Source of the DNA: an uncultured Solirubrobacterales bacterium
GTDB taxonomy: Bacteria > Actinomycetota > Thermoleophilia > Solirubrobacterales > Solirubrobacteraceae
Direction: 5' to 3'
Assembly (NCBI GenBank): GCA_963844095.1
Contig: CAWJND010000003.1
Location: forward strand, 557,924-621,923
DNA: 64,000 nt
Both the position numbers and the translations under genes were made by a program. Below, in pieces: positions 57,800 to 64,000 of the stretch. The first letter of the stretch is position 1, and each line of letters opens with the position of its first letter. A model generated the notes under the pieces. The model was not told the DNA's origin. It made no database searches and was given only the letters and a program-made list of their open reading frames with translations.

Positions 57800-58293
57800 A
57801 TGTCGATTCATGCCACCAACGCGCACGATGAAACCAGCTCTTCGGCCAGCCTGGACGCCGTGCTCTCGCTTGCCCGGACGCAGCTAGTCGGACAGCTCGC
57901 GGACGAGACGAGCGTTGACGGCCGTATGATGGGCACGCTCGGGTTCAGTGGCGCGCTATTGGCTGCCTGCCTTGCTGCAAGGAGCCTGCTCGGTGCGTTC
58001 TGGTGGATGCCACTGCTGGTGTCAGGCACTGCGGCGTTCTACTGTCTTGGATCGACACTCGGGCTTGGCGTTAGTCTCGGCCGCGGCACGGACCTTGGCC
58101 CGATTGCCGACACCTTCTATCGGGCCTTCAGAACAGAGCCGCTATCGGCGACCCGCGAGCTGCTGTTGTCCGATCTCGGCAGAGCCTTCTCCAACAATGC
58201 CTATCGCCTGCAGGCGAGCGCTCCCTACGGATCGCCGTGGTGATTCTCGTCATCGGTCTGCCTGTATCCGCCGGATTCATAAGATTTTCTTAG
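57800..58293 (+). pseudogene. Three-TM membrane protein, frameshifted near 58213
   Basis: SVDGRMMGTLGFSGALL; last helix RSLRIAVVILVIGLPVSAGFIRFS* lies in another frame. Confidence 0.6.
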
Positions 58294-58311
58294 TGAGCTA
58301 GAGTGGTGAGC

Positions 58312-58485
58312 ATGAAAGTTCAAGGCGCGTCGTCGCCCCCCATGCGAGAGCCTCTGATACCGACGCGCCCGCCGTTGCCTCCATACCCTCCGTCCGGGGT
58401 ACCCCATGTCAGCCCCACAGGAGTCATCAAGGAGCGTAACGAGCGCGGTCGGCGTTGGTTCAGGCGTAAGCGCAAGGCCGCGTGA
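58312..58485 (+). CDS. Small Pro-rich protein with basic tail
   Basis: MKVQGASSPPMREPLIPTRPPLPPYPP...RGRRWFRRKRKAA. Confidence 0.4.
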   Translation: MKVQGASSPPMREPLIPTRPPLPPYPPSGVPHVSPTGVIKERNERGRRWFRRKRKAA

Positions 58486-58549
58486 CTAGCGCGGGCTTGT
58501 GTTGCCAGTGTGCTAAATCGCGCTGATTACTATTTCAGCATTGGGAGAG

Positions 58550-58757
58550 GTGTACCCCGCGCGGTGTGGTGACGCGTGGTGCCGGTTGGGGTTGGGGGCG
58601 GAGTCCGGGCGTTGGGTAAGGTGGGCCATCAGGCTCGCCCAAACCAACACACTGCGTTCATCGATCGATAATCGCCGTGGGAGTTGCGCCTGGGAGGACG
58701 GCAGCAGGCGAAGCCTTTATCGTCGCGCACCTGGCCCCTGCGCCGAGTACCGTCCCA
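58550..58757 (+). repeat. About 210-bp dispersed repeat, copy A
   Basis: GTGTACCCCGCG..GGTGACGCGTGGTGCC..GGGGTTGGGGGCGGAGTC..GGTGGGCCATCAGGCTCGCCCAA ... CCTGCGCCGAGTACCGTCCCA. Confidence 0.9.
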
Positions 58758-58780
58758 AGCGCGGCCTACGGTATTCGACG

Positions 58781-59266
58781 GTGTCGATTTCAACCCGCCA
58801 CGATCGCTCCGCCGAGGCTGTGAGCCCACTGCTCTCGCTCTGCTTGACGCAGCTCTCGATCCAGGTCACGCTCTCGGCAAGCCTCACGGCGAGTGCGCTT
58901 GGGCTTGCTGCTCTTTCCACCGCATTGACGAGCACCATTCTTACTGTCCAGGAAGCGCTTGCTCCGCACTGGCAGTGGGCACTGTTGCCATCGGTCGCGG
59001 CGACGGTCACCGGACTGCTTGCCACGGCCGCGGCCGGCGCAGGGGACATTGGCAAGGAAGAGATCTATGCGGCATACGACATGACCGCCGATTCTTCGCC
59101 CGATTACGGCGTGGCGGTGCTCCATGCGGTTCGGGGCGCATCCCTGGCGAACGCCCGGGCGCTGAAGCGCAAGGATCACTTGACAGCGATTGCGCTCGCC
59201 TGGCTGGCCTCGACGATACTTCTGATCGGCGTGCTGAACCTGGCAAGTGCTAGGCTGCTTCCGTGA
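58781..59266 (+). CDS. Three-TM membrane protein, paralog of 57800-58293
   Basis: GTG start after the shared promoter motif; same helix layout, ends NARALKRK plus a TM helix. Confidence 0.65.
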   Translation: MSISTRHDRSAEAVSPLLSLCLTQLSIQVTLSASLTASALGLAALSTALTSTILTVQEALAPHWQWALLPSVAATVTGLLATAAAGAGDIGKEEIYAAYDMTADSSPDYGVAVLHAVRGASLANARALKRKDHLTAIALAWLASTILLIGVLNLASARLLP

Positions 59267-59556
59267 TGTGGCGTAAAAAGCACAGCGAGCCGGAGATCCG
59301 CGAAGCCATGTTTCGGGTGGGCGAGGAGGAGATCGGCATCCCCTACCGGCCTGGGCAGTCAATGACGGTCCCAAGCGGAATATCGATCTTCCCGAAGTGG
59401 TTTCTAAAGCTGCTGCATCTCGCGTAGGCGCCATCTCCATCGCGCCTGGCCGCAGCATGCGAGAGGGCGGAGGTCCTATCCTAATTACTGCACTCGTTCG
59501 CAACTATCGTCGTGGATGGCTGTTGATGCGCATACCGTGAAAGCAACCGGGGGATC

Positions 59557-60969
59557 TTGAGCGTGCGCGACACTTATCTGAGGGGTCGGGGACTGGTTGG
59601 AGGCGCTGCCGTAGCGACGATCTGCGTGGCGGCTTTGCTTTTGGGTCTTGCCTCGACTGCAGGTGCGACTTCCTGGGAAGCGCATGGGACAGAACCTTCT
59701 GCAGGCGAACAGCTTGGTTTGAAGCGGGACAGCCAGACAGGAGCATCCTCGCCGCTAACGCAAACCGTCACCACCGCGCCAAGCGGAGACGAGCTCTTCG
59801 GGTTCAACAACGATGAGGGCTTGTTCAATGGTCAATGTCGGCGCTCTGCTGGTAGCGGCTACCTCGGCTTTCGTCTCCCGAACGGCCCGCTGCGCCTGCT
59901 TGGCCGATTGCCTACGCTCACGACGCCGCCGGTCATCGGTGACGGCCGTGAGGCGGTCGTCACCTTCACACTCAACTGCAAGCAACACAGCATCTTGCCC
60001 TTCAGCGGAGCGCTGGAGCGACTGCAACTGCTCACTGGCGTCGTTGGTCGACGGCCGGCTACGACCACCGTGCTGAGCTCGACCGCGGAGGAGCAGTTAA
60101 CCGCGATTGCGGCAAGTCCCAGCGGGAATCTCGCGGTCGTCTGGCTCGCCCCACATGGACGCCTGGGGATCGGCACTCCTGAACCGACCGACCTGCTGCA
60201 CCTCGCTATCGGTCACACCTCCGGATCGATGAGCCGCCCGCAGGTGTTTGGTGTGGATGGCGTCGGGCCGCGGGTGAGGTATCACTTTTTCACAAACGTA
60301 CAGCTTGCCTGGACGGCACATCACGAACTGCTTGTGGCCTATGTCGTAAACCGCCTGGTCATGGTGCAGGTATGGCGTCAAGGCCACGGCTTGTCGCGCC
60401 CGCAGGCTCTCGGTAGTGTAAACCCGGGACAGGGCGTGGACCTGAGCCTCACCATTGGACCCAGCGGTCACGCAGTGGTCGCCTGGGGTACAGATGAGGA
60501 CGGCACCGAACCTGCATCGCCGTGGAAAGTGTTTGCGTCCGTGAGGGCGGGCGAGGCCGAGCGCTTTGGCATCGCTCATTTGCTCGACCCTGGACCATCG
60601 GCAGTGTCCACTGGCCCCGTAAGGGACGTAACGGCGAGTGTCGCCGGCGACGGGTTCACGACGGTCGCTTGGTCCTCAGAAAAACAGGATGGTGCTTCGG
60701 GCGCGCGCGTCGTTGTGGTCGATCCCGATGGACACTTTCAACCAGTTCAAGAACTGGCCTCAGATAGCGACAACCTCATGTTGAGTGATGCACCTGGCGG
60801 AGGAACTGTGCTGCAGTGGCAAGCCCCTGAAGGAGGAGAGGAGCGATTCAGCCTTGGTCAGGCAACGCGCCCGCCCGGGGGCGACAGCTTCGCGCCGGCC
60901 GAAGTGAGCAGGTTGCGGCTTGGGGTTATAGACGGGGCTGAACTGATCGACTCGGCCACAGGCGGGTAG
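59557..60969 (+). CDS. Secreted hypothetical protein with beta-propeller-like repeats
   Basis: Signal peptide; SGNLAVVW, SGHAVVAW, DGFTTVAW repeats. Confidence 0.7.
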   Translation: MSVRDTYLRGRGLVGGAAVATICVAALLLGLASTAGATSWEAHGTEPSAGEQLGLKRDSQTGASSPLTQTVTTAPSGDELFGFNNDEGLFNGQCRRSAGSGYLGFRLPNGPLRLLGRLPTLTTPPVIGDGREAVVTFTLNCKQHSILPFSGALERLQLLTGVVGRRPATTTVLSSTAEEQLTAIAASPSGNLAVVWLAPHGRLGIGTPEPTDLLHLAIGHTSGSMSRPQVFGVDGVGPRVRYHFFTNVQLAWTAHHELLVAYVVNRLVMVQVWRQGHGLSRPQALGSVNPGQGVDLSLTIGPSGHAVVAWGTDEDGTEPASPWKVFASVRAGEAERFGIAHLLDPGPSAVSTGPVRDVTASVAGDGFTTVAWSSEKQDGASGARVVVVDPDGHFQPVQELASDSDNLMLSDAPGGGTVLQWQAPEGGEERFSLGQATRPPGGDSFAPAEVSRLRLGVIDGAELIDSATGG

Positions 60970-60993
60970 GGCGCAGGTCGGGCCGCGGGCGAT

Positions 60994-61205
60994 GTGTACC
61001 CCGCGTGGTGCGGTGACGCGTGGTGCCTTTGGGGTTGGGGGCGGAGTCTGAGCGTCGATATAGGTGGGCCATCAGGCTCGCCCAACCCATGCACCCAGTT
61101 CATCGGCTGGTAGCCGCCCGGCGAGAATGTTGCGCCATGGAGCGCGGCAGCGAGCGGCGTTGCGCGTCGCTTATCTCTTGAGTGCCTGCGCCGAGTACCG
61201 TCCCA
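60994..61205 (+). repeat. About 210-bp dispersed repeat, copy B
   Basis: Same start and end motifs as 58550-58757; diverged middle. Confidence 0.9.
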
Positions 61206-61227
61206 CCCCTCCGCTATGCTGCGGACA

Positions 61228-62376
61228 ATGAGCAACATTCCTGTTCTTCCTGACAGCTATCCCGAGCTGCTGGAACTCCTCAAGCGGGAGATCGGGTCGG
61301 CGCGCACACGGGCGGCGCTTGCCGTCAACCAAGAGCTAATCGGGCTCTACTGGCGGATCGGCCGGGAGATACTGGTCCGCCAGGAACGTGAGGGCTGGGG
61401 CGCGAAGGTCGTTCCGACGCTTTCGCAGGACCTTCGGAGCGAGTTTCCTGAGATGAGTGGTTTGGCGGAGCGAAACTTGCGCTATATGCGCGATTTCGCA
61501 CGTTCGTGGCCCGACGAGGCGATGTTGCCACAAGCTGTGGCCAAACTGCCCTGGGGTCATATTCGCTGCCTTCTCGACAAGCTCGATGATTCGGTAGCAC
61601 GCCTTTGGTACGCCGAGAGCGCTGTCGAGCATGCCTGGTCGCGCAAGCTGCTCGAACACCATATAGCCACTCGCCGCTACGAGCGTGAGGGCAAGGCGCT
61701 CACAAACTTCTCGCGTACGCTTGAGCCCTCGGAGGGCGAGTTGGTGGCGCAGATCGTTCACGAGGACTACAACTTTGAGTTCCTCGGTCTCGCCGGACAC
61801 ATTCAAGAGGACCGGTTGGAGCGTTCGCTGGTCTCGGGGATCGAGCGTTTCATGATCGAGCTGGGCGCAGGCTTTGCCTTCGTCGGTCGTCAGGTCCCAC
61901 TGGATGTTGACGGGGAGGAGTTCTTTATCGACCTGCTCTTCTTCCACATCCCGCTGAACCGTTATGTCGCGATCGAGCTAAAGCTCGGTAAGTTCCGTCC
62001 CCAGTACACGGGCCAGATCAATTTTTACGTCAATGTCATAGACGATCGGATGCGCCAGGAGCACCATGCGTTGACGATCGGCCTGGTGTTGTGCGCCAGT
62101 CGCAACGAAACCGTCGCGCGCTATGCGCTTGCGGGTATCGACCGTCCGGTCGGAGTTGCCCGCTACAGCACGACGCAAGCGCTGCTAGAGCGGGTCCCTG
62201 ATGAGCTGCGCGGCCAGTTCCCCGAGCTCGAGCAGATCAGGTCCGGTGTTCAGAAGATCGTCGCACGACACACACGGCAGGTAACGAACGGCGAAACGGA
62301 CACAGCCACCCGACCACGAGCTTCGCGCCGTGGGTGTCGCGCTCTACGGCGCGATGCTGAACCGAAGGGTGACTGA
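61228..62376 (+). CDS. YhcG/DUF1016 family PD-(D/E)XK nuclease
   Basis: ALAVNQELIGLYWRIG, GWGAKVV, RNLRYMR, LPWGH, FFIDLLFFH..IELK..GQINFY; TATGCT -10 box upstream. Confidence 0.93.
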   Translation: MSNIPVLPDSYPELLELLKREIGSARTRAALAVNQELIGLYWRIGREILVRQEREGWGAKVVPTLSQDLRSEFPEMSGLAERNLRYMRDFARSWPDEAMLPQAVAKLPWGHIRCLLDKLDDSVARLWYAESAVEHAWSRKLLEHHIATRRYEREGKALTNFSRTLEPSEGELVAQIVHEDYNFEFLGLAGHIQEDRLERSLVSGIERFMIELGAGFAFVGRQVPLDVDGEEFFIDLLFFHIPLNRYVAIELKLGKFRPQYTGQINFYVNVIDDRMRQEHHALTIGLVLCASRNETVARYALAGIDRPVGVARYSTTQALLERVPDELRGQFPELEQIRSGVQKIVARHTRQVTNGETDTATRPRASRRGCRALRRDAEPKGD

Positions 62377-63385
62377 CCTTGAGCGCCCGTTGGCGTTGTG
62401 TGCGGTGAGAGTGGCGGAATAGGAGCCGACCACGAGTGCGCGGTGTCCGATAGCACCGCTGAATGGGATTGCATCGCTCCCGGCCGTCAGTTGGCGGAGG
62501 ATCGAGCCAACCGCGACGCTGCGGTTGCATCTCGTGCGCGAGTTCCTACCGCCGCGGCTCGCAGTTGCCCGCGGATACACCAGCTTGGCAGCAACCGAGT
62601 GATTCCGATCGTGACGGTCGCGGCCTCGGATAGGCCGCCTCGTAGGCCCCCGGCTTTGACGCCGCGAACGCATAGGAAACGGTGAAGGGACCTGACCCCA
62701 CTGCACCTGGACTGGACCCTGGGTCCGCGCTGACCGACAGTTCGGGGAGCCGTTGGCCGGCAAGGCCCCCTTCGGGGAGCGTGCACGAAAGCCCTTGTTC
62801 CTGAACGCTCGCAGTCACCTCGCTGGGCATGACCGCGTTGCCTTCTGCCCTCACGGTCATGCGCTCGGGTTCACCGGTTTCCGGAGTCACGGCAAGCGAG
62901 AGTTGCCCGGGCGCGGGGTCGGCGATCAGCTGCACGAAATTGATCTGCGTCGGGTGATCAGCCGCTGCGGAGTCCAGGTATGCACAGAGGACGTATTCGC
63001 CGGGTTCTGTCGGTACCCACAGATAAGTCTTCGAATATTCGGGACCGGGAATCGTCGCGTCGCCTGTGGCGGCTGTCAGGTCAACCGAGATATTTTCCAG
63101 CTGGGCCGGCGTTTCCGCGCAGTACGGTCCGCCGGGGAGTCGGTGTTGGATGAAGGCGAACAGGCGATGTTCGCCTTTGTCCTTCAGCTCCATCAGGAAC
63201 GGCATCGGAGCCCCGACGACGGCGATTTTTTCTGGCATCTCTGCGTCTATTTGTTCATACAATCCCCAATAGATGCCGACCGAGAGGTTTTCGCTGCCGC
63301 CTCCGCCGACCGATGGGGGCCTTGGTTCTTCGGCGCCGGCAGCGACCGGTGCCGCGCAGGCCAGCGCGCCGGCGACGATCGTCAT
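62344..63385 (-). pseudogene. Secreted protein with degenerate, frameshifted basic C-terminal domain
   Basis: Signal-like IVAGALACAAPVAAGA; PGEYVLCAYL; tail split over frames (LSEAATVTIGITR / RCNRSVAVG..PFSGAIG..TLRFSIAP*). Confidence 0.65.
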
Positions 63386-63509
63386 GCACAGAAGTTGCGC
63401 CGACAGCCGTCGTCTCGACGGTTGCTTGCCGGCCTTCTGCACCGGGAGGGTTCCGGCCCGATGGTTTGGGAGTTGAAACGGGGAAGGGGCTGGCCGTCGG
63501 GTGGTGCGC

Positions 63510-63962
63510 TCACTTTTCGCGTCTTGCTTGGATTGGGAGCGTGCGCCAGAGCTTGCTGCTAGCGACGAGCTGCTGTGCGTAGCGCTCGATAGCTTCGTCC
63601 TGCCGAACGTCGTCAACCTCCTGCGCCTCCAGGGCCATGGTGCGCGCCGCATACCCAAGGATCCGCGAGGCCTCGATTCTGGCCTGGTTCATGACCGTCT
63701 GCTCCAGAGTGGTGTTCGGCACTAGGGTGTAGACGAGCGTGCAATCGAGTGCGGCGGCTACTTCGGCCAGCTTCCTGGTGGTGATTCCGCCATGGAGCTC
63801 GGCGTGCTCCAGTTTGTTGACAGCCGCGCTCGACACCCCGAGGTGCTTGGCCAGGACGGCTTGACTCATCCCCAGCGCTCCACGGATGGCACGTATCCAG
63901 CCGGAACGAGGACGCGCTTCAATGGATACGAGGTCGGCGGCTCCGAACTTCGTAGCCCTGGC
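63510..63962 (-). pseudogene. Mobile mystery protein A (Xre HTH), N-terminally truncated, partner B absent
   Basis: PRSGWIRAIRGALGMSQ..E..GGIT..AAALDCTLVY..TMALEAQ..KLW; in-frame TAA just upstream and no start codon before the conserved region. Confidence 0.8.
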
Positions 63963-64000
63963 TTATGATGCAGACAATGATCAGCGGTAATGAGGGCAGA

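Noticed and set aside
58550-61205. Integron attC array
   Set aside because: No RYYYAAC...GTTRRRY ends and no integrase; kept as an unexplained repeat instead

Overview
High-GC actinobacterial DNA, probably Thermoleophilia/Solirubrobacterales (inferred from gene content and protein style, not from a search). 1-46 kb is a large cell-surface glycan locus: an NDP-sugar C-methyltransferase, many GT4/GT2 enzymes, a Wzx flippase, a Wzm/Wzt ABC exporter, a GT-C-like membrane protein, several SAM methyltransferases, an epimerase and an acetyltransferase. Several of its intergenic gaps carry toxin-antitoxin or defence-type cassettes (2x MazEF, VapBC, DUF433/PIN, AbiEi-like, ATPase-nuclease, AlbA_2-HATPase, and an unannotated pair with ADP-ribosyltransferase-like motifs). 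41-56 kb is rich in nested and degenerate IS elements (IS3 in IS1380, IS30 in IS3, IS5, internally deleted IS481). 50-64 kb holds large secreted proteins, membrane paralogs, YhcG and an orphan mobile mystery protein A. The most notable unexplained structure is that several cassettes are bracketed by diverged duplicates of the neighbouring core gene's 3' end or promoter/5' end (1158/2669, 3576/8354, 12200/12975, 58550/60994), with no integrase seen. One of these duplicates reveals a length-conserved 28-aa ORF coupled to a glycosyltransferase start. No rRNA, tRNA or CRISPR array was seen. All family calls come from motif recognition by eye.
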